DNA of 64,000 bases from Escherichia phage 04086: the sequence record OR842557, one strand, 5' to 3'. Shown piece after piece: positions 20,008 to 30,725 of the stretch. The translations under genes and the position numbers were made by a program. The notes below the pieces were generated by a model. The model was not told the DNA's origin. It worked only from the letters and a program-made list of their open reading frames with translations, and ran no database searches. Every line of letters begins with the position of its first letter. Within the stretch, counting starts at the first letter, position 1.

Positions 20008-21531
20008 ATGATTTTAGATATTTTAAACGAAATTGCTGCTATTGATTCTACTAAAGCTAAAGAAGCCATTATTGCTCGTGAAAAGGACAATGAGCTTCTG
20101 AAACGTGTTTATCGTATGGCTTATACCCGTCGTCTGAACTACGGTATTAAAAAGTGGCCAGAACCTGGATTTACATCTCAATCCTTTGGTATGATTACTC
20201 TTGAAGACCTTCTTGATTTCGCTGAATTCACATTAGCCACACGTAAGATTACGGGTAATGCGGCTATTGAAGAATTGGCTCAAATCATTGCTGATGCTAA
20301 GGCCCCGGATGCCGAGGTATTACGTCGTGTAATGATGCGCGACCTTGAATGTGGTGCATCGATTTCTATTGCTAACAAGGTTTGGAAAGGTTTAATCCCT
20401 GAACAACCGCAGATGTTGGCGAGTTCTTATGATGAAGCTTTGATTAAGAAAAATATTAAATGGCCAGCGTTTGCTCAATTAAAAGCTGATGGTGCTCGTT
20501 GTTTTGCCGAAGTTCGTAACGATGGTGTGACATTCCTTACTCGTGGTGGTAATGAATATCAAGGGCTTAATCTTTTGGCTGCTGAATTAATGGCCATGAC
20601 CGAAGAAGCTCGACAACGCCATCCTAATGGCGTTATGATTGATGGCGAATTAGTTTACCATACTCCTAAGGTAGAACCTAAAGCATCTAATGATTTGTTT
20701 AGTATGTTTGACGAGGAACTTCCTGAATTAAGTAAGGCTAAGGAATTCCAAACTGTCGCCGATCGTTCTACGTCAAATGGCTTGGCTAACAAAGCTCTTC
20801 AAGGAACTATCACTCCATCCGAAGCAGCCGGTATGGTATTACAGGCATGGGATTATGTCCCGCTGGATGTCGTGTATTCTGAAGGCAAAATTAAAGGCGA
20901 TAAGTACGATGTACGCTTTACGGCCTTAGAACTTATGGTTGCTCATAATGTCGTATTGCATGGCAAAACGCGTGTTGAAGCTATCGAAAACCAGTGGGTT
21001 AATAATCTTGAAGAAGCTAAAGTCGTTTATAAAAAATATGTCGACCAAGGTCTGGAAGGTATTATCCTTAAGAACATGGACTCCTACTGGGAAAACCGCC
21101 GTTCTAAGAATCTTATCAAGTTCAAAGAAGTAATCGATATCGCTTTAGAAGTGGTAGGTTATTATGAACACTCGAAGGACCCTAACAAACTTGGTGGCGT
21201 CGAGTTAGTATCACATTGTCGTCGAATTACAAGTGACTGTGGCTCAGGCTTTAAAGATACTACCCATAAGAAAGATAAATCAGGTAAAAAGGTATTGATT
21301 CCACTGGAAGACCGTCCTGATTTAGACCGTGAACTTCTTATGAAACAAGCTCGTGAAGGTAAGTTGATTGGACGTATTGCTGACTGTGAATGTAATGGTT
21401 GGGTTCATTCTAAAGGACGTACCGATACTGTAGGTATTTTCCTTCCAATCATTAAAGGTTGGCGTTTCGATAAAACAGAAGCTGATACATTTGAAGATGT
21501 ATTTGGTGATTGGTCTCAAACTGGACTATAA
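20008..21531 (+). CDS. 30: ATP-dependent DNA ligase
   Basis: 507 aa from MILDILNEIAAIDSTKAK; collinear with T4 gp30 incl. adenylation motif AQLKADGARCFAEVR and GLEGIILKN, KFKEVIDI. Confidence 0.9.
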   Translation: MILDILNEIAAIDSTKAKEAIIAREKDNELLKRVYRMAYTRRLNYGIKKWPEPGFTSQSFGMITLEDLLDFAEFTLATRKITGNAAIEELAQIIADAKAPDAEVLRRVMMRDLECGASISIANKVWKGLIPEQPQMLASSYDEALIKKNIKWPAFAQLKADGARCFAEVRNDGVTFLTRGGNEYQGLNLLAAELMAMTEEARQRHPNGVMIDGELVYHTPKVEPKASNDLFSMFDEELPELSKAKEFQTVADRSTSNGLANKALQGTITPSEAAGMVLQAWDYVPLDVVYSEGKIKGDKYDVRFTALELMVAHNVVLHGKTRVEAIENQWVNNLEEAKVVYKKYVDQGLEGIILKNMDSYWENRRSKNLIKFKEVIDIALEVVGYYEHSKDPNKLGGVELVSHCRRITSDCGSGFKDTTHKKDKSGKKVLIPLEDRPDLDRELLMKQAREGKLIGRIADCECNGWVHSKGRTDTVGIFLPIIKGWRFDKTEADTFEDVFGDWSQTGL

Positions 21532-21532
21532 T

Positions 21533-21715
21533 ATGAAAGCTTATTTAGAAACCGTGGTTATTGGATATAAAGAAGGTGGGGATGTCTCCACTGCAGTGTC
21601 CCAAATTGTCCTTGAATTTGAAAATGAAATCGCATTCGCTGATTTTAAAGATAATTTCGACCGCTATGAAAAGGGTCCTAAATTTGAAGTATACCGTACG
21701 TTGCTACCACTTTAA
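21533..21715 (+). CDS. Hypothetical small protein (60 aa)
   Basis: ATG overlapping ligase stop; followed by terminator. Confidence 0.4.
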   Translation: MKAYLETVVIGYKEGGDVSTAVSQIVLEFENEIAFADFKDNFDRYEKGPKFEVYRTLLPL

Positions 21716-21734
21716 GGCCTTCGGGCCTTTTCTG
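21715..21734 (+). terminator. Rho-independent terminator (AGGCC-UUCG-GGCCU + UUUCUGG)
   Basis: GC stem, UUCG loop, U-rich tail after ligase operon. Confidence 0.6.
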
Positions 21735-21765
21735 GCATAAATAAGGTTATTAAAGAGGAATTATT

Positions 21766-23661
21766 ATGTCCGAACAATTGAATGAGGTATTTGACGGCGC
21801 TATAGATTTATCAGCTGTCAATTTAAACCCTAAACTTAAAGTACCACAGATTTGGAATATAAAGGCTGAAGGTAATGAGAACCTTGTTGCACGCATGGTT
21901 TCATATACTTCTGAAGGTGATACAATCCGCCAAGTTAAACCGGGTGACAAATACGTTCATATTATTTTAATGAGCCTATCATCTAAAGGGGCCCCGGCAG
22001 AACTCAAAGGTGGTTTAGGTAGTAACCCCATTTCCGCTATTCGTTCTATATTTGATACGGTTTATGAACAAGTTAAAAAGCTCCGTATGGATGCCGTTAT
22101 GTTCCGTTTTCCTACTAAGAAAATGAAAGGTCAGGAAAAAGCTGTACAACGAGTTCTAGCCAAATTAATAGCTACTAGAGCAGGTGGGCAATTCAAGGTC
22201 CTTGATGCCTTGTATCAATATACAGGCAAACATTCATATGTTTTTATCTATCGTAAAAATAAAAATATAGAATCAATAAACGGTATTCCTAATATTAATC
22301 CGGAATTGTATACTAAAGTCGAATCTGAAGTCGGTGATGTGTATGTTTCAAAGAAAACAGGCGAAGATGTTACCAAATTAGAAGCTATAGCTAAGTCTAT
22401 AGACGAAATAGAAAAATCACGTTCTGATAAAATGGTTATAACCAAGACTAAGGTTTCTAAACGGGCCGCTATAAATGCGTTATATTCTACCGCCGAGCCT
22501 ACAGGATTGAGTAAATTTTCGGCAGAGCACAAAAAAGCTTATGCAGATTATTCTGCTACTAGTTCCGTTCATTCTTCTGAAGATTCTAAAGAAAGCCAAA
22601 TAGCTTTAGCCAGTAATAAAATATTAAAAGACGCCTCTAAAGAAATGGCAGAATATTTGGATTATATTTTTAACGGTGTTAATCCATCATTTGAAGTAGA
22701 CGAGCGCAAACTTAAACTAATTGCTGATATAAAGTTTGCTTTAGAGGCATCAGATTCTTTAGATAAATCTAATAGTGTCATAGAGGCTTTAAAATCAGGT
22801 AAATCTCATGTAGACATTCTTAGACTAGTCGCTGCGGCCCTTTTAGATGATTCAGTTAAAGGTACTTGGGCTAGAGAATCTAAAATCAAGGAAGTAATAA
22901 AATCCTTAGTAGCAGTTTATACAAAATCTATCCAACCGTTGTTTAAGATATCTGATAATCCTAATTTATCCAAACCTCAAGAAGAGGCAGTCAAAAAGTA
23001 TACTCGTGGCGGCTACAACCATATAAACAACTTTTTGCTAGGTAAAACAGATACCACCGATGAAATGATAAAAATGATTGGTGAGTTGGATTCTACATTT
23101 GAAAATGGTACAAAACTTCCTAAAGGAACCATAGTGTATCGTTCTCAGATAATGCCTACCGAAATGGCTTTGAATTCTATAAAACATAAGGTGATGTATC
23201 TTCCTATTTTTGCATCAACTTCATTGGCTCCTAATATTTTCGGTGAAATGGGTCATGCTCAATCCAACTTAGACCCTGAAGCTCTTTCTAGCGATATAGA
23301 TAGTAATCTTGAAGACACCATTAAAAGTGCGACCGGAAGTGCTAGAGATACCATTAAGCTAGGGCTAATTATTAAAGGTGCTGATAAAATTAAGGTTATT
23401 GTGCCCGGTGACTTGGCTAATTGGTCTACAGAAACCGAAGTAATTCTTCCTCGTGGGGTTATGCTTAAGATTAATAAAGTATACGGTGCTTCCAAGGGAC
23501 CTATGGGTTCAATTGGTAAATATGTTTTAGTGGAATGTGAAGTTGTAGCTACAGAGCAAATCACAGAGGAAAATTCATATAGCACCGGATTCTCGTTTGG
23601 AAATTATGATAGAATTATGTATGAAGATTCTATGGAAAAATTAGCAAATTTATTTAAATAG
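21766..23661 (+). CDS. Alt-like ADP-ribosyltransferase paralog 1 (631 aa)
   Basis: Conserved Alt N-terminus (NLNPKLKVPQIW...MDAVMFRFPTKKMKGQ) and C-terminal ART motifs (YTRGGYNHINNFLLG; VYRSQ; FASTSL; ETEVILPRG). Confidence 0.8.
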   Translation: MSEQLNEVFDGAIDLSAVNLNPKLKVPQIWNIKAEGNENLVARMVSYTSEGDTIRQVKPGDKYVHIILMSLSSKGAPAELKGGLGSNPISAIRSIFDTVYEQVKKLRMDAVMFRFPTKKMKGQEKAVQRVLAKLIATRAGGQFKVLDALYQYTGKHSYVFIYRKNKNIESINGIPNINPELYTKVESEVGDVYVSKKTGEDVTKLEAIAKSIDEIEKSRSDKMVITKTKVSKRAAINALYSTAEPTGLSKFSAEHKKAYADYSATSSVHSSEDSKESQIALASNKILKDASKEMAEYLDYIFNGVNPSFEVDERKLKLIADIKFALEASDSLDKSNSVIEALKSGKSHVDILRLVAAALLDDSVKGTWARESKIKEVIKSLVAVYTKSIQPLFKISDNPNLSKPQEEAVKKYTRGGYNHINNFLLGKTDTTDEMIKMIGELDSTFENGTKLPKGTIVYRSQIMPTEMALNSIKHKVMYLPIFASTSLAPNIFGEMGHAQSNLDPEALSSDIDSNLEDTIKSATGSARDTIKLGLIIKGADKIKVIVPGDLANWSTETEVILPRGVMLKINKVYGASKGPMGSIGKYVLVECEVVATEQITEENSYSTGFSFGNYDRIMYEDSMEKLANLFK

Positions 23662-23669
23662 GATAGATT

Positions 23670-25751
23670 ATGACCCAATTAAATGAAGTGTTCGAGTCCG
23701 AAGGTACACTGCCTGTTGTGAACTTGAACCCAAAACTTAAAGTACCTCAGATTTGGAAGATTGGAGACGCGGAGTCTCAGTTAGTAGCACGTATGGTATC
23801 CTACGCTTCTGAAGGTGATGCTATTAAACAAGTTAAAATGGGTGATAAATATGCCCACGTTATCCTTATGAGCCTTTCAGCTAAAGGTTCGCCTGCCGAA
23901 CTTAAAGGCGGCTTAGGCCCTACTCCTGTAGATGCGATTAATACTATTTTTGATGTAGTTTATGACCAAGTTAAAAAGCTTCGTATGGATGCCGTGATGT
24001 TCCGTTTTCCTACCAAGAAAATGAAAGGTCAAGGCCCTATCGTTCAACGTATTATCCAACGTTTGGTAGCACAGAAAACCGGTGGACGTTTTAAAGTGGT
24101 TCCGGCTATGTACCAATTTACCGGTAAACATACTTACATCCTGGTAGTCCGTAAACAAGCTGATATCGAAGATATCAAAGGTATGCCTGGAATTAATGCT
24201 GAATTGTATACTAAGGTAGATTCTGATGTCGGTGAAGTTTATATTTCCAAAAAAGAAGGTGTGCAGGTTACTAAAGAAACTGCTATTGCTGGCAGTATTG
24301 CTAAGGTTGAAGAACGTCGCACTGATAAAATGGTTATAACCAAGACTAAGATTTCTAGGCGCGCCATTGCAGCAAGCCAATCATTGGAATCTTATCGTAA
24401 TGAAAGTGAATTGTTTAAGAAATATGAAGCTACTGCAGCGGATTTTAATAAACCGGCAACAGTTCCATTAATCCCTGAGGCTCAGGAAATGGTTACTAAT
24501 AACAATTCTCCTGCGGCTAAAAATAAGGTTGCTAATATAGTGGCTGAAGGCACTGCTGAAGAATTGCATTACGATTATAAAATGTTTCCTCTTCACGGTA
24601 TAGGTGAAATCCAAGAGAAAATTAAAGAGAAAATTCTTACAGCAATAAAAAACGAACCTTTGACATCTGTTAAAGCTCTAGAAAAATATGCCTCTGCTAT
24701 TAATACCGTTTTCGAAGAATACAAAGGTGAATGGCTGGCTATCCATAACAGAACTCGTAAAGGCCAACCTGATGACCTTTGGAACGAATTGACAGAGGCC
24801 AAGTGGAAAGCAGCCAAGACTAAGTTCATTAAAAAACGTGTATATAGTTTTGCTGGTGTGGGTGGCGGTATTATGGTTGATATTACTATTGCTCGTGAGG
24901 GCTCTAAATATACCCCATCACAAAAGCGCGGAATCAGAGAATATTGTGGTTCAGGATATACAGACATAAATAATCTTCTTTTAGGACGTTATAATCCTCA
25001 GAACTATGAGGTTATGAGCGAAAAAGATATCGAATCTGCAGTTAATAATTTGGATTCTGCTTTTGAAAACGGCGACCGTATACCAGAAGGCATCACAGTT
25101 TATCGCGCACAGAGTATGACTGCTCCTATATACGAAGCACTAGTTAAAAATAAAGTGTTCTATTTCAGAAATTTTGTATCTACTTCTTTAACTCCTATCA
25201 TTTTCGGACGTTTTGGTGTTACCCACGCAGGTATTGGTCTTTTAGAACCTGAAGTTCGCAATGAATTGACAGTCGATAAAAATGAAGAAGGAATAACTAT
25301 TAACCCTAATGAAATAAGAGCGTATAAAGAAAACCCTGATTACGTTAAAGTTCAAATAGGATGGGCAATTGATGGAGCCCATAAAGTTAATGTCGTATAT
25401 CCAGGAAATCTCGGAATAGCAACTGAAGCCGAAGTTATTCTGCCGCGTGGATTAATGGTCAAAGTTAATAAAATAACAGATGCTTCTAATAATGATGGAA
25501 CAACATCTAGTAATACAAAACTCATCCAAGCTGAAGTTATGACAACAGATGAGCTTCAAGAATCTGTGGTATATGATGGTGACGTACTAATGGAAACCGG
25601 CGAGCTGGTCGTGTATCAAGATGATTTCGATACTTCCGAAAGCCCTGTATCTTTTGATTCATTTGTTAAATCTACACGGTTTGATGTACTGCCTCTTTTG
25701 GCTTCATGCATAGACCTCTATGACATCCCAGAAAAATTCATCCAAGGGTAA
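23670..25751 (+). CDS. alt: ADP-ribosyltransferase Alt (closest to T4 Alt; 693 aa)
   Basis: Collinear with recalled T4 Alt incl. YTPSQKRGIREYCGSGYTDINNLLLGRYNP, VYRAQ, FVSTSL, EAEVILPRGLMVKVNKITDASNNDGT, C-terminal ASCIDL..P.KF.QG. Confidence 0.85.
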   Translation: MTQLNEVFESEGTLPVVNLNPKLKVPQIWKIGDAESQLVARMVSYASEGDAIKQVKMGDKYAHVILMSLSAKGSPAELKGGLGPTPVDAINTIFDVVYDQVKKLRMDAVMFRFPTKKMKGQGPIVQRIIQRLVAQKTGGRFKVVPAMYQFTGKHTYILVVRKQADIEDIKGMPGINAELYTKVDSDVGEVYISKKEGVQVTKETAIAGSIAKVEERRTDKMVITKTKISRRAIAASQSLESYRNESELFKKYEATAADFNKPATVPLIPEAQEMVTNNNSPAAKNKVANIVAEGTAEELHYDYKMFPLHGIGEIQEKIKEKILTAIKNEPLTSVKALEKYASAINTVFEEYKGEWLAIHNRTRKGQPDDLWNELTEAKWKAAKTKFIKKRVYSFAGVGGGIMVDITIAREGSKYTPSQKRGIREYCGSGYTDINNLLLGRYNPQNYEVMSEKDIESAVNNLDSAFENGDRIPEGITVYRAQSMTAPIYEALVKNKVFYFRNFVSTSLTPIIFGRFGVTHAGIGLLEPEVRNELTVDKNEEGITINPNEIRAYKENPDYVKVQIGWAIDGAHKVNVVYPGNLGIATEAEVILPRGLMVKVNKITDASNNDGTTSSNTKLIQAEVMTTDELQESVVYDGDVLMETGELVVYQDDFDTSESPVSFDSFVKSTRFDVLPLLASCIDLYDIPEKFIQG

Positions 25752-25754
25752 ATA

Positions 25755-28317
25755 ATGGAAAATTTAAACGAGGTTTTTGATAGTGATTCCGCTAAAAACT
25801 ATCCAGTAACAAATCTTAAACCGGGTTCCGGTATTCCACAGATTTTCTCTATCCAAGCACCAGGTAACGATAACCTGGTTGCTCGCATGGTATCTTATGC
25901 GTCTGAAGGCGACGCTATTAAGATGGTTAAGGCGGGCGATAAGTACGTCCATGTTATCTTAATGAGTTTATCTGCTAAAGGCGCTCCGGCAGAACTCAAG
26001 GGCGGTTTGGGTACCGATCCACTCGGTACACTGAACACCATTTTCGATACCATATATGAACAAATAAACAAACTTAAAATGGACGCGGTTTTATTCCGTT
26101 TCCCTACTAAGAAAATGAAAGGTAAGGGCCCTACCGTTCAGCGCGTATTAGCTCGTTTGGCTATGGCCCGTACCGGTGGTAAGTTTAAAGTTGTTGACGA
26201 CATGTTCCAATTCAGCGGAAAACATACCTACGTTCTTTTAGTACGTCGTGGTGCTAATATTGAAGATATCAAGGGTATGCCTGAAATTAATGCCGATCTT
26301 TATACTAAAGTTGAGTCTAAAGTTGNAGGTCCTACCGTTCAGCGCGTATTAGCTCGCTTGGCTATGGCTCGTACCGGTGGTAAGTTTAAAGTTGTTGACG
26401 ACATGTTCCAATTCAGCGGAAAACATACCTACGTTCTTTTAGTACGTCGTGGTGCTAATATTGAAGATATCAAGGGTATGCCTGAAATTAATGCCGATCT
26501 TTATACTAAAGTTGAGTCTAAAGTTGGCGAAGTGTATGTTTCTAAGAAAACCGGCCAGGCNTAAGGGCCCTACCGTTCAGCGCGTATTAGCTCGTTTGGC
26601 TATGGCCCGTACCGGTGGTAAGTTTAAAGTTGTTGACGACATGTTCCAATTCAGCGGAAAACATACCTACGTTCTTTTAGTACGTCGTGGTGCTAATATT
26701 GAAGATATCAAGGGTATGCCTGAAATTAATGCCGATCTTTATACTAAAGTTGAGTCTAAAGTTGGCGAAGTGTATGTTTCTAAGAAAACCGGCCAGGCCG
26801 TAAGTAAGGTCGAAGCAGTAGCGGCATCTATTGCACAAGTTGAAGAGAAACGTACCGATAAGGCTGTCATTACCCGTACTAAGATTTCCCGTCGTATGGC
26901 AGCAGCCGCGCAGTATTCTACTGCTGAGCCTGAAACTTTGTCCCCTAAAGAATTGCAGGTTTATAACGAGTTTGAAGCTTCTGTACCGGTTCACACGGCT
27001 GAAGGCCCTGAGAATGAAGGTATTGAACAGATTAGTCAGAACTTTAAAAAAGGTGCTATTACTAAAATGCGCCAGGCTTCTCAGTTTAAATCTAAGAGCG
27101 AGGACCTTGCCAACTTTAGATACACTATTGCCCTCACGCACGCTTTAATGACTGATAGTAAATTTAAACTAAATTATGCTAATAGAGATAAACAAGGGTT
27201 TGAAATTTACTCTAATAATATGGCATTTTTTAATACAGAAGTCGATAGACTTTTAAGTGGTCTTTCGCAAATCAATACAACCAATAGTCTGGATATTATT
27301 AAGAAAATTGTTAATAACTTGAGTGCTCGTTTTAAGGGTTCCCCTTCAGAAAAGGCCTCTCGAATTGCTTTCGCTATGGAAGCCGTTTATAAACTGGTTA
27401 ACGATTCTATTAGTGATGCATATGCTTATTCAGGCGAGCTCATTAAACCTAAGGACCTAACCAAAGACGAAAGCAATGCTATTATTGAATATTGCGCAGC
27501 TGAATATGCTCCTATGAACTTATTCCTTTTAGGTAAACCTGAATCCGAAAACAATACAACGGCTATTAAATTGATTAAGGATTTAGACTCAGCATTTACT
27601 AAGGGTATTAAACTTCCTAAGGGTACTATTTTGTATCGTGGTCAGGATTTGCCATACAAAATTCTGCGCCATAATATCGATAACAAAACATTTTACTTTA
27701 AGAACTTTGTGTCAGCCTCATTAAAGCCTAACATCTTTGGTGAATTTGGTAAAAATTATATGGCCCTCGACAACCAAGCCGTTTTTGTTGGCGGCGAAGG
27801 TTCTTTATCCTCCGCTGATGAGTTGTTTAAATTGGCTAGCGGTAGTTCATCTGATGTGGGTGAAGTCGATGACGAAGAGGTAGAATGGGAAGAAGACGAG
27901 TTCGGTAATCCAATTGCGCCCGAAGGTCCTGCGGATAGAATTGCTGAAATTGGTATGGTTATTCGAGGTGCTGAAGCAGTTAAAGTTATCGCTCCTGGTG
28001 ACCTTACAGAATATGCCGAAGAAGCAGAAATTATCCTTCCGCGTGGGTTATTGTTGAAGGTTGATAAAGTAGCGGCTTTTGCTATGAATGATAGAGTATC
28101 TCACAAATACCTTATGGAAGCTACCGTAACACCTCCTTCAGAGCTCAGTGAATCTGTTTACGATGGTGACCATTTGATGGAAACTGGTGAAGTTCGCCTG
28201 ATGGACGGCTTTAAACAGTTCTTGGTTAGTGAATCCATTTCTGAAAGTAACGAGGCTATGGAAATCCTTGCTGCATCTTTGGATATCTCTTCTTTATCAA
28301 ATAAATTCAAAATGTAG
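25755..28317 (+). CDS. Alt-like ADP-ribosyltransferase paralog 3; frame broken by two inserted duplicate copies (n at 26326 and 26561)
   Basis: Alt-like N-terminus plus C-terminal motifs YRGQ, FVSASL, EEAEIILPRG and an acidic insert (VDDEEVEWEEDEF); ~700 aa after removing duplicates. Confidence 0.75.
26118..26795. repeat. Three direct copies of a ~233-bp alt-3 segment separated by n (26326, 26561)
   Basis: Repeated GPTVQRVLARLAMARTGGKFKVVDDMFQFSGKHTYVLLVRRGANIEDIKGMPEINADLYTKVESKV. Confidence 0.9.
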
Positions 28318-28346
28318 TTTACATTACCACAAGGATGTGGTACTAT
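28318..28346 (+). promoter_or_regulatory. T4-type early promoter (GTAGTTTACA, 17 nt, TACTAT) followed by catgaggag RBS module
   Basis: Near-consensus early promoter overlapping end of alt-3; stem ccacaagga/tgtgg in spacer. Confidence 0.65.
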
Positions 28347-28374
28347 TACCTTACACAAACATGAGGAGAACATT

Positions 28375-28665
28375 ATGAAATCTACATTCCGTTTTAATGG
28401 TCAAGAACTGGTAGTTGAAAACGTTATCCCTGCTTCTGAAGAGTTTGACAGTGCAGTGGGTAATGAATTACGTCGAGTTTTCGGTGAAGACAAACAGTTT
28501 GATATCCGACCTGTTGAGAATTTTTCTTATCCAGAACAAACCGAAAACATTTTTAACGGTGTAGTGACAGGACAACTCGAATCCGAAGCTCCTATTTCGG
28601 TTACGGTGTTTGTTAAAAAGCAACCACTAATGACCACAGCAGGTTTCATTTCGTTCCGTAAATAA
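28375..28665 (+). CDS. Hypothetical protein (96 aa)
   Basis: ORF with GAGGAG RBS; bracketed by early promoter and terminator. Confidence 0.5.
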   Translation: MKSTFRFNGQELVVENVIPASEEFDSAVGNELRRVFGEDKQFDIRPVENFSYPEQTENIFNGVVTGQLESEAPISVTVFVKKQPLMTTAGFISFRK

Positions 28666-28674
28666 ACCCCTAAA

Positions 28675-28699
28675 GGAGAGCATATGCTCTCCTTTTTTG
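28675..28699. terminator. Palindromic hairpin GGAGAGCAUAUGCUCUCC + UUUUUUG (terminator between convergent genes)
   Basis: Perfect 9-bp palindrome and T6 tract between 28375..28665 (+) and gene 54 (-). Confidence 0.7.
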
Positions 28700-29629
28700 T
28701 TATAACAACCTCGATATTCCACTATTAACCAATCCTGTTAATCCACTAGAAGCTCCTGAAAGTCGGCTTAATTTAGCTACTGAAGAACTCAGGGAATTGC
28801 TCTCACTTATACCCGCCACGCCTTTAAGGACTTTATCTTCCAACCATTCATAAGCAGCTTGTTTGCCAACTGCACCAGTCTGTACACTTCTATAAGCAAA
28901 TGTAACATCAAATGAAGCAATTTGGTTATCACCGTCGTAAGATAATTCCGGGGAAGATACGCTCATTGGAACGCAACCATTAAGCATTACTACCGTATGT
29001 GGTAATCCATTACGGGAATGAAGGTTGACTTGAATGTCAGCTTCAACATCCTCCGGTAATGCTCTTAATTGTGTAATAGGGTCTTGAACACTATTGACCC
29101 AATCATTAAAAGCACGGTAGTTAGCAGCTTCAGAATCCATACGGAAGCTTAATACTAATGGAGAATATTCTCTTCCGGTAATTTTGATGTTAGGTGAGTT
29201 GTGGTTCAAATCCATTTCATAGTTCAAAGTATTATCTGGGATTTTAACGGCGTGGACTAAAAGACCTGCCGTAGGATAGGCCATATTGAAAAAATCCATC
29301 AGATATGTACCTACTTCAAACTCTCCTAGTAAGCTCTGCACAACCCTGGATGACATAGCTCCAATCAAATATTTACTTATGCCTGACTTACGAATCAACT
29401 TCTGAGTGCCCGCTGTCACTAATGTCGTAACACCTTGGGTCAACTCTCCTTGTGTAATACCAAACAAATCGCTATTCAATGGGATATTGTTAAATAAAGC
29501 TCCACCGAACTGGTCGAGGAGCGCTTGAGATTTAGAAGAAGGAACCGTTGCAAATACCACACTAAACAGGTTATTCCTCTGTAGGTCAATATTAATTGCC
29601 TGGTTCTGAAATTCTTGTAAAGTATACAT
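28700..29629 (-). CDS. 54: Baseplate tail tube initiator Gp54
   Basis: 309 aa; position and size as T4 gp54; synteny 54-48-29. Confidence 0.75.
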   Translation of the reverse strand: MYTLQEFQNQAINIDLQRNNLFSVVFATVPSSKSQALLDQFGGALFNNIPLNSDLFGITQGELTQGVTTLVTAGTQKLIRKSGISKYLIGAMSSRVVQSLLGEFEVGTYLMDFFNMAYPTAGLLVHAVKIPDNTLNYEMDLNHNSPNIKITGREYSPLVLSFRMDSEAANYRAFNDWVNSVQDPITQLRALPEDVEADIQVNLHSRNGLPHTVVMLNGCVPMSVSSPELSYDGDNQIASFDVTFAYRSVQTGAVGKQAAYEWLEDKVLKGVAGISESNSLSSSVAKLSRLSGASSGLTGLVNSGISRLL

Positions 29630-30717
29630 TAGAATCCTTCCGTATAAAGTGAGCCACGGTTCAAAGTAATGATTTCACGGAAAGTAACTTCTAAACTAAA
29701 CGTAGATGGTAAGTTAGGAGCAATAGCCAATCCGTTAAAATGGCCGTCCGGAGTTTTATCAAAACGGATACTCTGGATTTGGCATGGACCAAAAATATCT
29801 TCACGACCATCATATGAACTGCTATCACCAAAGTTTCGGATATACCAAATGGTCGGGTTACTTACCACAATAACATTAGAAAGGAAGCTTGTAATACTTT
29901 CCCCTAATAGCTTACCGTCAAACTTGTCAATAGCTTCTTTTTTAAACGTAGAACGATACCAGGTATCAATCTTCTCTTTTAATTCACCAGCGAAGGCTGA
30001 GTTGCCGGTTTCACCATAAGAATAGTAATTAAAGATTTCGTATATTTTAATAATCTGGATAAGGTCTTGGGCGTTTCGTGGAGTCATTTCCCAAGTGAAT
30101 ACCTTAGTACGGTTATCAGGCCCTGCATACATACTACGGGCGGTAGTGTATATCTGCTCGCCTGAATCGGCCATTACGCCATTAGTCACAGATTCCAACG
30201 CACCAAATACTGCAGTACTTGCAACGTTACTTAAAATACCTGTAGCAGTACCTCCACCTTTAGTAATTAATGATTCACCGACATCATTAAATTTATGCGA
30301 CACCGAATCTACGTCAGATTTAGAACGTGGGAGTAAAATATTCGCCAAAGCTTGGTTGTCAAATTTAACTCCTTTAGAGTTATTACTGAACAAGTTTTTA
30401 ACCGCGCTGAATCCTCCGGTATTACCAGTAAGTTTACTAGCGGCTTTTGAAAACTTTTTAGACATTTGACTTGATCGGTCATTACGCAAATCCGGCGATA
30501 CACGAGAGCTAAAATTATATGCCGTAAAAAGTAATCCATTTTTATATAAATCGCTTAACACCATATCTGTGGAGGTATCATTACCGGAGGCCCTTTCTGC
30601 CGGGTATTGGGCCATTACTGTAGTTTGGGCCGGTTTAGCTTTAGATTGGCCTGCGGAGGTCTTTGAACCTCCTTTAAACAAGGAGGCTACATTAATGTCA
30701 ATTTCTTTTGCTTTCAT
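29629..30717 (-). CDS. 48: Baseplate tail tube cap Gp48
   Basis: 362 aa (T4 gp48 about 364); synteny. Confidence 0.75.
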   Translation of the reverse strand: MKAKEIDINVASLFKGGSKTSAGQSKAKPAQTTVMAQYPAERASGNDTSTDMVLSDLYKNGLLFTAYNFSSRVSPDLRNDRSSQMSKKFSKAASKLTGNTGGFSAVKNLFSNNSKGVKFDNQALANILLPRSKSDVDSVSHKFNDVGESLITKGGGTATGILSNVASTAVFGALESVTNGVMADSGEQIYTTARSMYAGPDNRTKVFTWEMTPRNAQDLIQIIKIYEIFNYYSYGETGNSAFAGELKEKIDTWYRSTFKKEAIDKFDGKLLGESITSFLSNVIVVSNPTIWYIRNFGDSSSYDGREDIFGPCQIQSIRFDKTPDGHFNGLAIAPNLPSTFSLEVTFREIITLNRGSLYTEGF

Positions 30718-30725
30718 TATTAATC

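Noticed and set aside
23913-24380. 155-aa minus-strand ORF inside alt
   Set aside because: Antisense to a well-supported Alt gene; no independent signals.
26118-26795. Possible CRISPR-like or genuine tandem repeat array
   Set aside because: Repeat units are ~230 bp of protein-coding sequence, directly abutting with n separators and no spacers; same pattern occurs in many unrelated genes.
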